Assembly (NCBI RefSeq): GCF_964204645.1
Contig: NC_134027.1
Location: 21,104,560 to 21,168,559 of the forward strand
Direction: 5' to 3'
Origin: Tubulanus polymorphus
Taxonomy: Eukaryota > Animalia > Nemertea
Length of the DNA: 64,000 nt
Shown here: one piece after another, positions 26,358-39,213 of the stretch
Layout: the number at the start of each line of letters is the position of its first letter
Position numbering within the stretch: the stretch's first letter is position 1
Notes under the pieces: model-generated
The model's input: only the letters and a program-made list of their open reading frames with translations
The model's database searches: none
Told to the model about the DNA's origin: nothing
Program-made: the position numbers and the translations under genes

Positions 26358-29300
26358 GGCCTTACTAGAATTTACATATAAGGGACAAAGATATATAGCC
26401 TATTAAATAAAAACTTTTGACCCTTGCTGTGTAAAGCGATAAACTTTTTACGATGATCAACTTCCTCATAAAAGGATTCTCTGATCCCCCTTGAGTAAAA
26501 AGAAGGCTCTTCGGCAATCATTGAAATCAGTTCGGAGCTGGTATTAGATCGTTGGTTCCGCCAACATTCCAGATTTTTGGTGTCATGTTCGAATGCGTAA
26601 ATGAGTATGTACTTCTAGAATTAAGTCAAATATCAAAGAAAAAGATGTTCCGTGAATACGAAAGTTGACTATAACGTACGTGTGAAGTAAGGTCTCGAAA
26701 TAAACACCGGATTTTAAAAATCCTTTGAAACTGTATTGTGTAGGATTGCGAAATAGTCATTCTTTTACGTAAGTTGAATCGAAGAAAAAGGAGACGATTT
26801 TATTTTTTAATCGATAGATTGCCTATGAACTGAAGTTATTTTTTAATCATCAAAACATGGAATGAGGAAACTATTAGACCTCTTGACCTAGTATTTTCTA
26901 AACTGTGTTTTTTCCTCTTGTGTCGGTTCAATTCGATCGAAAGGTCATCGACATCCAATGGTCAATGACCTTTTTCATTGTCAGCCTGCTTTAATGACAT
27001 AACGTATATGTATAATGACATAACGTATATGTATATATATATGTATTTGTATATATACTGGTTATGAGTTGTCTGGTTTCGATTTGCGAATATAAAATAT
27101 TCTGAAAACGAGGTTACGGTTATTCGTCGAAAAATATTAAAATCGAAAATTTGCATATAATATCACTCGAGGTATATGTATGTCATGTATTCAGACGTTA
27201 ATCTGATTCGCGAACGTTATTGATGGCTGTGTATATGCTAGTGTGGCGTTATCTTTTTACTAGTTCGGCAAAGCTATGCCGCACATAAGGCAGTTTTAAG
27301 ATGCAGTCAAGGTAAGATTTTTAGTTACCTCATCAGTAACCGTCAACCCGCTGCTGCTAGGCGGGTGTTCTCGGTGCGGGAAAAATATGTCGTAAGATGT
27401 TTGGTGAATTGTTGGCCGATGACGAATGAAACGATCATTTCATTTCTGAGTCGGCTATAAGTGCCGTACTTTAATCACAGTGGCCACTTAGCCGGGAACT
27501 ATCTTCAAGCCAGTGCCAAGCTTTTTTTAGGGGCAGTTCTATTTTGAGAAAAAGGGCACCTTATCGCCGTAAAAAGGTGCTCTTTCTTAATGAGAAAGGG
27601 CAGATATGAAGTGTCCGGGTACCTGAATAAATCATTTGAGAATTGATTACTTTTCATTTTCTAAAAAAGAACATGAAAATTGTTTCCGAATTTCAAAAAA
27701 AATCTTGACCAAAATTTTTAGAATTGACTTTGTTTCGAAGGGCGCTTTGATGACAATTTTAGGGGTTCGCTACTTCTTAATCCCCTTCAGCACGGGCCTA
27801 CAGGGACCCTGTAAAATGATAACAGAACGATGCTGTGGTAAGTGAAATGAGACAATTCCTACGAGAACCAATTGGCATTCACACAGGATGAGGTGATCCA
27901 TATATACTAAAATTTGGCACGGGCCTGTCCGATGCACAGTAAAAAAAAAAACCTTTGTGCAATCGGAGAATGGTGGAGGTAATGACAGGCAGATGTAGAC
28001 AGGTCAGTGACATGCTATGTTTAACTAGTCGGAGTTCATTGACATAGTTTCCCAGGTCTGTAGAGGGCCAATGAGAGTAGTAAGAGGAGAGTCCCCTCTC
28101 ACCAAGTGAACTACAGTAGCACCCCCTAGGCAGGTGACATTATTCTCTGTGTGATATGATGACATGTGTTTGTATGTTTTTACTGGTTTGGATATTGTTA
28201 CAGACAGTTAAGTCCATACCCAAGAATTTAGTTGAAATACATCGCGATAAGTATTTTTATTTATTCTATGTTAATTTGATTAGAATAATGCGGGTTATTG
28301 GTCATAATTGAGCTCGTTTCTAAGAAGAAATATGTTAAGCCATTAGCACTCAGGAATTTCACTACGTAGTGTCTATGATGAGGTACTAGCCTATCAAAAT
28401 CATGACTTTTTGCTACCTGAAATGTATCCAGATTTCTCTTGGATTATAAGTGAGCGCTCAGATCTGTCATGTTCGTATTCCAAATACTCGAGAACATCAA
28501 ATCGGAAGATGTTGATATCTGTATGGAATTTTACAGAGTTTTGATGCGTCTAGTTTATCCTAAGCTAATGGGTTGATTCCCATGTTATATCCATTTTTGT
28601 GTAGCAGATGAAATAAAGTCAGGGCCGATGCGGGCGGCTTGAAGGCTACAGGTTTGTGCGCCCTTTGCAATTTTTCAATTTGAGCGCCTAGAGGCACAAA
28701 AAATTAAGCTGTTACCGTCTCCGTGGTCCCATATTGGATATGGCTTCAGTTGCTACTAAAATGAATTGTAATTGGTAGCCTCGTGAAACTGGGCGTATTA
28801 TTTATTTCAGGCAAATGTCACGATGTTGTTGATCTCGTACATGAGACGATACTAGTAATTTTCTCTGAATCATCTGAATGACCTAGCCTTATATGTCTTG
28901 GCCTTTTGACCGAACTGCTACCATATATAATCAACAGGCTGTCTGGTGGTCAGTTTATCTAATTAGATTAGTTAGAATTGCGGAGTGTGTCTGTTTTATT
29001 ATCGTACGCGTTTGTCTGGTCGGAGAATTGAGAATTGAATTTATCGCCAGCAAAATATGTAAAATTTCACCAAAAGAAAATCTGAATAAATTTAACCAAA
29101 TTATGAAGTGTAGCAGGAAACCCGTCCGGGTTGGTTGATGTGGAGACATAAATACATCAGCGTTACATGTCAATTATAGCCGCGATCACACAAGCATTTT
29201 TGGCCCGGGCCAAATGAACGCGCTCTCTTATTAGCACGGGCCAAATTTGGCCCGCGTCCGATCCGTGCCAATTTGGCCTGGGCCAAATCATGTCTGTGTG

Positions 29301-30897
29301 ATCGTGGCTTATATTAATGATGGTTCATAGTCCTTTACAGAGGGACAATCCCCCAACTGCCAATTGCATAGTTCACTAATTTCCTCACAAAGACATCGTA
29401 CACATAGTATCAATATAGCTGATGCGCAATGATTTTATTTCATTCGATTTTTATTTCATTTCGTATGATTTTCTGTTCGTGGTCGGGTTTACTTGGCCTT
29501 ATGCTGTATGCTTAATTTAGGACTGATTTACTGTAGGTTGTGGCACTAGAACGCCGCTTGCGCGAAATTTTCTGAGGGAGGACCCCAGACCTCCTTCTAT
29601 TCCTAAAAGCGAACTCCCCGAAAAAAATCCTGGCGACCCCCATGTGAATTCATCGAAATTTCCTATGTATCGCTTCACTATTCGCCATCTGGTGTGTGTT
29701 GCCGGTACTTCAATTGATTTGATGTGTTTTTAAAAAGTTTTCTTTTTTTGCTTCGTATTTTCAATTTCGAGTTTACCAAAAATAATGTGCGTTGGCTTAG
29801 TACATAAAAGATGTGCAGTTCTTATTACTTGAGCAAAAAATTTGGTTTTAATTTCCAATGTAAAACGCCGATCTGGCGGTAGCCTGTTTGTACGCTGTAT
29901 GAAATTGATTGAAATTCGTCATGGTCAAGGTTATGGCTGAAGGTTATTCTACTCGGTTTAAACAGTATGAAATTCATCAGATTTGTTGGTGTACTTTTAC
30001 TGAAATCGACCGGAAAATCTGATGAATTTCTTTTTTTCAGAATGCTGAGGGCCGAGGGTTTGAGCAGTTATAGGACCAGGGTAAACATGTTTGTTAAAAC
30101 CAATAGCTATAAAGTAAACCTCGCCTAACTCCGACAATTCAATTCAATATGTCTTTATTGTCCTTTGAGTAATATAAAATACAAGTCAGGTTTTTTAACA
30201 ATTAAAGATGAGATAAGCATAAAATACAAAATCTTATAGGAAGTCATAATTTAAAACGCTGTTACAAAATATGAATAAACATATAATACAATGTAATGCA
30301 ATATAATTACAAAATAACAGTAACAGTGATCACCTTATAGAGTTACCTATGTCGTTCGAAGCCCAGTGAGATGAATTTTCCGAGAGCTTTAGTTAGTTTA
30401 GGGGAACACGTAATAATTATGAATTTGCCATGACCATCTCTGATTCACTTACTCTGACAAAAACAAAATTGTTTTCTGTCTTCCTAATTCATACTTTGTA
30501 ATCTTTTACTTGGCCTTATGCTGAACTGCAACCATTCTGCCACTCCCAGTTCGTCTTGAGTTGCCCGAGGTTTACTTTACTTAGTGTACGAAATCTAGTT
30601 GAATTTTGGTCCTTAATCAGTAGTGGAGCTATCGATTCCGGAATGCCATTTTATTCGGCATTAATCGTACAAAAACGTGAGAGAAAAGATTCATATGAAG
30701 CATTACATATCGCCTAAAAACTTGGCTGCAAATCTTTTAGTCATTAGGCGCCGTGCCTCTGGAACTCTTTACCGAGTCGTATTCGATCGATTCATGACCT
30801 CGCTCTGTTTAAGTCGGATTTTAAAACATTTCTGTTCGAAGCAGCATTTTCAGATTCATAGACACTAATTCGAGGAGCACCTATGAACATTGTTTAA

Positions 30898-31169
30898 TTC
30901 TTTCAGTGCGTCTACACCGCAGTGCAGTGTATAAATCAGTGATAGATTTTGCTAGTACACCGCACTGCGGTGTATTCATGTAATTAGTGATTAGTAATTA
31001 TCTCTCTTGGAAAATGGCAACACCTGTCAAACGTAGTAAAATACTAGTAACTAATGATACACCGCACTATGGTGGTATTCCCGTTATTCAACACACTAGG
31101 GTGGAATTTTTCAAAAAATTCATATTATCTCCAGCACTATAGGGTATTAATTAGTTGGCACTGAAAGGG
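30898..31169 (-). mobile_element. piggyBac-type MITE, inverted copy of 22483-22772; partial third copy at 46471-46670
   Basis: TTAA flanks; internal sequence is the reverse complement of the 22483 copy. Confidence 0.85.
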
Positions 31170-31805
31170 TTAATCAGTGGAATGGGCGCTATATAAATGA
31201 ACCATCATCATCATCATCATTATCATTCATACCCTGTAAATCTGAAATAGAAAAACGTACTTCGTCGACGTGTGATCGCATCGTTTCGTAAAGAAGTTGC
31301 TATTTGAAAGCTAGCTAGGCTACACGCACAATAATAACGACCATTTATGTCGACCAGTTACCACCTAACTACGTCTCCGTGAACCGGTCTCAAACTGGCT
31401 TAAGTTGTTTTGGTGAGTTCAATTTCGAATCGATTCCCGATTGTTATTTGGAAGCGGAAATATCTAGCGTGGTCCAAAAATAGCTTCCGAAATTTTGTGC
31501 GGGTGTTTCCTACTGCTAACACAGCTATTGGCGTTGATAATTTCGAGCTTTTTCAAAATCTGCTTGTGTTAGGCAATTCGGTTGTACGTACGTTTGGTGG
31601 AAATATGTTTATTGCGATAGTCGACGACACTGGAAAAGCCGACAAACTCGCCTCGCGCGTCATATCTGCTTTCTATGGGCGAAAAATGTATTTTTAAGAT
31701 TTCAAAGAAAAGATCATATGCGCCTAATGCGGTTATCCTCGACGACAGCGCGCGTTTCTTTTTTCAGATCCGTCTCATAGATTAATCATGACTGATTTGA
31801 AAGTA

Positions 31806-32267
31806 CAGGGGTGGATCCAGGAGGTGGCTTATGGGGGGGGGGGGGGACGAAAGTTGGACAGATTATCTCCGGACACAAAGATAGGGTATGGGGGGCCTCC
31901 CCCAGGAAATTTTTTTTAAATGAGGCCCACTAGATGCATTTCGGAGGCATCTTGATGTTATGATCCTCAACACGCGACCATCCACTTTCAGGCAAAAAAA
32001 ACAAAAAAAGACCAATAGAAGAGTTATTGTAACATCAATCTTTTTTAGAACAACGTATTTACATTTGTACCATAGAAACAATGAGTAGAGTGCATAAATG
32101 ATCCTCGACACAACTATCTACTACTAAATCCTACATGAAAACTCTTGTTTCTAAAAAGATATATCTATCGAAAGATAAATATTTCAAGGCCCAATGTGGT
32201 AAAAAGGTGGGTCCAGATTTTTTACTGACATTTTTAGGGGGGGGGCACGTGCCCCGGTACTCCCCTG
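31806..32267. mobile_element. CAGGGG...CCCCTG MITE with exact 5-bp TSD
   Basis: AAGTA-CAGGGG ... CCCCTG-AAGTA. Confidence 0.8.
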
Positions 32268-33329
32268 AAGTATGTACGTTTACGTATATTTTCAAGAGAA
32301 AACGCGGAGAAAACGCTTGTTTTCTATGACGATATACTCTACCAACGACGGATGGAGGTTCGCGTTTTATTACCGTTCGATATATATTATTGATGAAGCG
32401 ACTTCGAAAATAGAACGGATTCGTCGACGCGATTCAATCCTATTCGCGGGGAGAATGGTCGAGGTGCGGATATCACGACTGAATATTACGTGAGAGGGAG
32501 GGAGGGGCAGAGGGGGAGAGAACGAACCGAGCTGCAATCGCGAGGATTCGACACGGATCGGGCCCCGAGTCAAATTCGGTCCGTGTGCCTGATTAGACAG
32601 CGCGTTCACGTACGCAAACCACTCACTCCTCGATACTAAACAACGCTCAAACAAAGCGAGGAGGTGAAGTGAGTCGCCTCTGAAACCAGTTGCAATTCAC
32701 ACGCAATAATTTGTGGCCTAAGACTGGCCCATTTGGCACCTGTGTAAACAGTTGTTCGAGACCAAAAACACTCGTGTGATTGTGGCTACCCAGAAGGGGA
32801 TGATGAAATATAGGTGAAATATTCACATAATTCATGAATATTGCTCTGCGGTGTCGGTTGGAGGTAGAATCCATTCCCGAAGCAGAGGCATTGACGGTTG
32901 TTCATTTCTATGGTTCCGAGTTTGCTGGACCAGGTCAGCGTATTGAATAAAGGTGCATGCGACCTCGCGGAGGATATATTGTTCCGTACGCGTAGGGAGG
33001 CAGGGAGGGCCGCGATGATAGAATAGGAGAAAGCATGGCTGTCGGTGTTATCATTAAAATAGTGCATTCTGAGAGCGATTCGGGCTGTCACATGTACACA
33101 CATATCGCCGATCTCGACGCCTGTGCTGTTTGTGACATATGTTGTCGTACGTAGACCCTACATGTATTCATCATTTTCGACCGGACTTTTTTTTCTATCA
33201 TAAATCTATCTGCATTTACGGGATTTTATTATTCATTTCGTTCGAATAGTGCTGTACACGCTGTACGATATGTAGCACTACAGTCGAGTAGCAACATATA
33301 TAATATTTTAGTAGATATTTAGCCGAGTG

Positions 33330-33335
33330 TATATA

Positions 33336-33405
<70 letters not shown>

Positions 33406-33408
33406 ATA

Positions 33409-33462
<54 letters not shown>
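33330..33462. repeat. Interrupted (TA)n microsatellite
   Basis: Direct reading. Confidence 0.97.
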
Positions 33463-33464
<2 letters not shown>

Positions 33465-33623
33465 TAATGTTGTATTGATCTCTGTCGTCCGCTGTGAGTT
33501 TTGTAAATAGCTGTTTTCGAAACGATATTATGAAAAGCGGTGTAAAAAATGAGTAGAAATATGTACGAGTGTGTAATAGATACGCATATTTATATTTGCA
33601 GGTCTACCGGTAATTGAAATGAT

Positions 33624-33752
33624 ATGGAGCCAGTAAGCGTAACGGGAGTGCCTGCAACTCATCAGTTACATAATAGAATGTATGATAATCAAATGTATCC
33701 GAATATGAACGGTTTAAACTCCGGTGGCAGCGGCGGCGGCGAGGATAGTCAG
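33624..33752 (+). CDS. Hr96: Nuclear receptor NR1J/HR96-like, coding exon 1a (A/B domain)
   Basis: Acceptor ttgcag at 33601, ATG at 33624. Encodes MEPVSVTGVP...GGSGGGEDSQ (43 codons); CAG|gtaggt phase 0 donor matches the DBD exon. Confidence 0.7.
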
Positions 33753-33830
33753 GTAGGTTTCCTTTATCCAGTCATTTCAGTGGCGCTCACAGCCAGGCCA
33801 CGAGTCATATTCGGCCCAGGTCTGATCAAA

Positions 33831-34116
33831 GGGAGAGGGAGAGGGAGAGGGAGAGGGAGAGGGAGAGGGAGAGGGAGAGGGAGAGGGAGAGGGAGAGGGA
33901 GAGGGAGAGGGAGAGGGAGAGGGAGAGGGAGAGGGAGAGGGAGAGGGAGAGGGAGAGGGAGAGGGAGAGGGAGAGGGAGAGGGAGAGGGAGAGGGAGAGG
34001 GAGAGGGAGAGGGAGAGGGAGAGGGAGAGGGAGAGGGAGAGGGAGAGGGAGAGGGAGAGGGAGAGGGAGAGGGAGAGGGAGAGGGAGAGGGAGAGGGAGA
34101 GGGAGAGGGAGAGGGA
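33831..34116 (+). repeat. (GGGAGA)n hexamer microsatellite, about 47 units
   Basis: Direct reading; uninterrupted homopurine tract. Confidence 0.98.
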
Positions 34117-36028
34117 AATCAAGTTTTATTTTAGCCCGGGTTTTCCACTTATAGTTTATCTGTGAAATTTGCCTGCAGCGAACTGCGATCATACAACTGG
34201 CAATCTGATTGTTGCGGCAAACTTGCGCATGTACCTGCACACCCGGTCTAGCGTAGCAGGGTTTCGTGCCGAGGCTGATTCAAGCGATGCCATCAGGTTG
34301 AAATCCCTGCTGCGGAAGAAGGTTCTAACCAAAACGCTCGAGTGATCAGGACAAACGCTTTTTCCCGAAGATGTCGACATTTAAAATAAAATTTTATTGC
34401 TGTATATGAATGGCGAGCCTTCAACGCGATGTTGCGAGGGTCAACTAGCTGATCGGGTCATCGGTGCTTGTAAACGTTCAATTGAAATCCAGGCAAATAT
34501 TCTCAGAAATAAATCGCGATTGAGTTGTAAATCTCGACTATCAATGAGAACGGTAATAAACACTGAGTTGGAAATTCAATGACATGATGATACAGCGATA
34601 CGGAAGCCTCAAAATTTTCGCAATCAAAGTTCATCGGAAAAGAACTAATTTCGACGGCGAACGACTGAGCGTTTTTCGCCACGCTTCCGATTTTGTCGTT
34701 CCCCCATTTGTCTGCCCGAATTCGAAGACGATTCTTCATTTACCTTTTTTTGAGGTCCCGATTCGTGCGTTCGCTAGTTCGTTGCTGCTTCATTTTATTC
34801 TTTATTTCAAATGAAATTCAACTTCGACTTCTCTTGGGAAGTAAATCAATTATTGATGAGTACTAGGCCTACATCCAATTACTCGCATGCTCCGGCGGAA
34901 GATAGCGATTTTGTTGCATCATTTTCCATTATCGGTGTATGTACTCTGTTACCATATTAGCTACGTATGTTTTTTTTAAGCGTACATGTAGTTTTTACAT
35001 TCTACGTCCTTGCATCGATTATTGCACCGGATCAATGAACAAACACGAATAACGATTTATCGATGGTCATCATCGCGTACCGCCGGTACAGCGCGTTAAC
35101 GCTTAAAGACCGTTCTGGTCCGGGGTGGCAACTGACCCGCAAAACCCGGAAAGCTCGGGAATCGGAAAAATCTTTGAAGAAAATCGGAGAAAATTCCCTG
35201 AATTTGACAAATTTTACAACAACAAAAAAAAAAAACAAACAAACTGAAAACGCGGGGAATTCTGATAATGCTATTGAACGCGTATTTCTTTATCAGTACG
35301 TGATTCAACGAGAAATTAATTAATCGTAACATTTTGAACCGAGACATTCATTCCGAATTTTGCGTGATCCCGCCGAAAAATCCGGGAAAACTCCGCGTGA
35401 TTAATATATATCCATGACGTAATATATCTAGATATAATAGTTGGTCTTTCATCGGGGACAGATCGATGAAACTCCTCTAGAGTCGGCTGTTACGATCGAC
35501 CGACTCGGAAATGTGCAGCTGCTTCGTATGATACATCATACATATCGTCGTCAATGCAAATGCGGTTGTAATTATGAATTTGTAAAAAGTCTCTGATTAT
35601 ATCGGAAAATGTCAGAGGCGCCTACGCGTAGACTACTGTCGTCTCATATCAAGGTCAACGAGGACTCTGATGAATGGAGAATCCACCAGGTGGTGATAGC
35701 GTGCAATTGCTGGTTTGTTTCTCGAATCGTCTTGTCGACGTGTTCTATGTGGACTATCATAGGCACAGTGTTGTTACGCGGCTGGCTTAAAATCTTTCGT
35801 GTAAATCGATTGAAAACTGAACAAACTGATGGTGCTGATCCCACCAACCCCACTGGCGGCACACAGACCTCAAATTAGAAACACAAGACTCACGACTCAC
35901 TGGAAGCCATATGAATTTCACTGAAAGTCCACTCAAAGTAACAGCGAAAATTTTTTGTGAAACTGGCCGGCACCTCATTCTGTTTTTGGGCTAGGTTTGA
36001 CTTTGAATTGGTTCATATTTCACTAAAC

Positions 36029-36029
<1 letters not shown>

Positions 36030-36100
<71 letters not shown>
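36030..36100. repeat. (TA)n microsatellite
   Basis: Direct reading. Confidence 0.97.
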
Positions 36101-36101
<1 letters not shown>

Positions 36102-37145
36102 GTACTAGGTACTCGAATAATTTTAGAAAGGTCCGTCCGCGTTTTTTCCCTTAAGCCTGGATCTTTGGATTATGTCTGGATGAGAACAGCTGACGATTCT
36201 GTCATGAGACAGACACCCTTGCCATTAGTTCAGATCATTTCTGACTGATTCGGTTTCAACGTATTTCACATTGTTCTGTAGCTGTATGTATATGGTTATA
36301 TATGTATAGATTCAGAATATATTTAATGGCTGCCAGAGACGCTGGATGTCTGGAGTGGTTCTTGACTAAAACATCGGAACAATTATTGATGAAATATTAG
36401 CGGCACTCACACGAGATTCTTGGCTTACAATGTATTGTAATTGTGCGGGAGCGAATATGCCAGAATACCGCGCCTACATGTGATTCTGTGCTTAGTTAGC
36501 CCACCTTAAGCCTAGCGTGCATTGTCACTGCGATTGGAGACAACTGGTTGCGAGGCAGTTTTCGGCGTATGCGAGTAACTGGCTGGATAAAATCAGTTGC
36601 TTGAACGTGTCGATGTGAGCGAGCTTACGACTGGTAAGCGACGATCTATATCCTGTTCTAGCCAGTTGCCCATGTTCTACTTTTGAGCAACTAGTTGTAC
36701 TCAGTTACTGCCATATCAGTAATCATCAACAACATGGTTGCAACTGACTAACAACAAAGCAAAATGACACTTGACTTGAGATCCCCTCAAGAATATTTGC
36801 TAGTAAACACATCTCTCTTGGGGCAAACTCTTTTATCAGATCGGAGAATCCGTTTGCCTCCAATCGTACTCTTTTATTGGTCACGTGACTTTTTGGAGTC
36901 TCCGAAACCTCCTTTCTGTCTCGGTGGTGTGATTCGGATTTTGTGTGGAGCCAACCGGAGATTTCGGACGGAGACTTCGGAGGTCATAAAAGAGTACGCC
37001 CTTGGTGTCAATGTGTGCGTTTCAGACCTAGAGACTGACATGAGCCATGCAGTTGCTGGTTTTTGCTAGATTCTTGATGTGAGGGTGCTGGGGTACTCGC
37101 TCACTAGCCACTGGATATGATCAGTTGCTAGTCTGACGTATGCTA

Positions 37146-37403
37146 CAGGGGCAGATCCAAGCTATATTCCGTTGTTTTCCAGAAAACAGTCAGAACAATG
37201 TGAATAACATACTTTCTAGAAGAACCTAATCTGACAGGTCCAGATTGCCTTTAGATACCAGGAAAATGAGTGATTTTCAAATTTTTCTTATGGGGAGGAT
37301 ACCAAACCCCCTTAATGAGCTTAGTCGCTGGCAGATAGGCTAATTGAGCTGTAATTTTGAGGACTAGGCCTGTAGTAATATTTACCCGCTGGATCCGCCC
37401 CTG
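37146..37403. mobile_element. CAGGGG...CCCCTG MITE; same family as 49788-49985 and 54382-54576
   Basis: TIR CAGGGGCAGATCC / GGATCCGCCCCTG; flanks TGCTA/AGCTA. Internal AGGTCCAGA.TGCCTTTAGATAC is shared with the 54382 copy. Confidence 0.8.
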
Positions 37404-37849
37404 AGCTAGGCATTAGGTGTGATTTCATGATGGCGTTTCTGTGCTATCATCGTTTTCTTGAATATATTTCGGAACTCTTCTTAACCTTCTCTCCTGCCTT
37501 CTGAATGGCAGTTTGAATTGTCAATTTGGTGTATAGCTACCGAATATGAGCTTAAAACGTTTGTCGCCATATATTGTTTAAAAAGTTAGCCTCAAATAAT
37601 GTGAATACGATTTCCTCTATAGGCCTATCTTCGTTCTTATTAGTGGCTCTTAATGTTAAAAACTGGTAAAAACTACCATATGCGTGAATCAACGACAACG
37701 GCACTTGTTTCCTGCTGTGGTTGAGTGTAACGTACTACAATACCGGCTTGCAAATCTGCATTCACATTGCAGAAAAAAACGTGACCAGCTGACTCCCGGG
37801 GGATACACTATGCCATTTTCGCTGCTAATCCATTCTGGAATGGCGGCTA

Positions 37850-38140
37850 CCGGATTGGTTTCAGTATCTGGCTAGAATAGAAATCTGCGTCAGGAAATGT
37901 GGATCAGTTTAAGTAGATCTGGCCTATAAATCTGCATCGGGAAATGGCGATCGGTTTCAGTAGATCTGGCCTAGAGATCTGCGTCTGGAAATGTGGATCG
38001 GTTTCAGTAGATCTGGTCAGAACTCTGTGTCAGAAAATGTGCATTGCTTTCAGTAGATCTGGCCTAGAATAAAATCTGCCTCATGAAATGTGGATCGGTT
38101 TCAGTATATCTGGCCTAAAAATCTGCGTCAGGAAATGTGT
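37850..38140. repeat. Minisatellite, about 42-47 bp unit, about 6 copies
   Basis: Repeating AATCTGCGTCAGGAAATGTGGATCGGTTTCAGTAGATCTGGCCTA. Confidence 0.9.
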
Positions 38141-38498
38141 ATTTTGCTCTTTCAGAATGAACCGAGCATTTTGCGAAAAATTGAATTTCGATATTTCGTG
38201 AATAGACAGAGTAATTTGTCACGCAATTTTTGTTGTTGTTGTTGTTGTTGTTGTTGTTGATGTAAAATGAAGACAGAGATGATGACAATAATCACGGTAA
38301 GTTCAGCAGACGTTTGCCGGCTAGACACAGACGTATATCTCGCTGGCACTGGCGCTCTGACTGTAGAATACAAAGTTCAAATTGATGTGGTCAGTTAATT
38401 ATACGCGCAAATTCCAGGAATAATCAGCGCTTGTGTATGTGTATATATATATATAAAGCGTATGTATGCACACTGATAGAGAGTAGCAGACTGTCAGG

Positions 38499-38961
38499 AG
38501 GTCAAGGTTAAATATATTGGAATCTATTATAAACAGGTTTCAGCTATCTCTCATATTTCTCACTACGCGGAACCATAGTACACTAAGGTTCACCAGGTCA
38601 AGCACGTATCGATTTCTCCTGGAATTTCGCCGGCACCATTTCTGCTCTCGGAATCGAGAATATTCCGAGCGCTCCGCGGAAAAAGGGGCCGCGCGCGCGA
38701 CGATAGGGAGCGAGTTCATACGGATCGATGTCCACCTAGCCGTGCAATTAGAATCGACTGTCTGGTTTATATCACAAAAGCCGTCTATTAAATCAAGTCT
38801 TATTGCGGTGGACTGTCTCGGATTGTGGTTTAGCGGTCAGTCAGTGAGTGTACACACACACTAACAAACACGACTAAAGCTGCTCTACCTCTATCATAGC
38901 CGTTCTTCGCGTTTCGCGTATGATCTCTGACCTTCTGTTGACCCTGTTCGTTGAATGACCT
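38499..38961. promoter_or_regulatory. Cluster of nuclear-receptor half-site repeats (DR0, DR2, DR5/DR1) in candidate internal promoter
   Basis: AGGTCA-AGGTTA 38499-38510; GGTTCA-cc-AGGTCA 38587-38600; TGATCT-c-TGACCT-tctgt-TGACCC 38921-38944; TGACCT 38956-38961. Confidence 0.5.
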
Positions 38962-39198
38962 ACACCGGGAGTTGTTGAGAACTAGCGCACACTCACACAC
39001 ACGGATAACCGTTTATATCGCCGTGCTGTTGGAGAGTGTGTCCGTATTGCTGCCCGGCCGTTCAGTCAGTCGGTCGATAGATTTTTAAATTCGTAATTTG
39101 GATTTTCGAGCGAGAAATTTCGTCGGCGTTTCACGACGACGATGATAAGTTGTCGAGGTTATAACGTGTATCGCGTAAACGATCAGGCAGTTTACAGC

Positions 39199-39213
39199 AT
39201 GAATACGCCTAAG
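39199..39213 (+). CDS. Hr96: Candidate alternative first coding exon 1b of the nuclear receptor (MNTPK)
   Basis: AGC-ATG AAT ACG CCT AAG|GTAAGT is a consensus donor in phase 0, in frame with the DBD exon, at the end of a CpG-rich block. Confidence 0.55.

Noticed and set aside
33753-34240. ORFs with poly-GR, poly-LP and poly-LS tracts
   Set aside because: Translations of the (GGGAGA)n microsatellite; the real exon ends at the donor at 33753.
37850-38140. Regularly spaced repeats resembling a CRISPR array (also 56441-56730 and 4631-5060)
   Set aside because: Units are contiguous and degenerate with no unique spacers; no cas genes; eukaryotic context.
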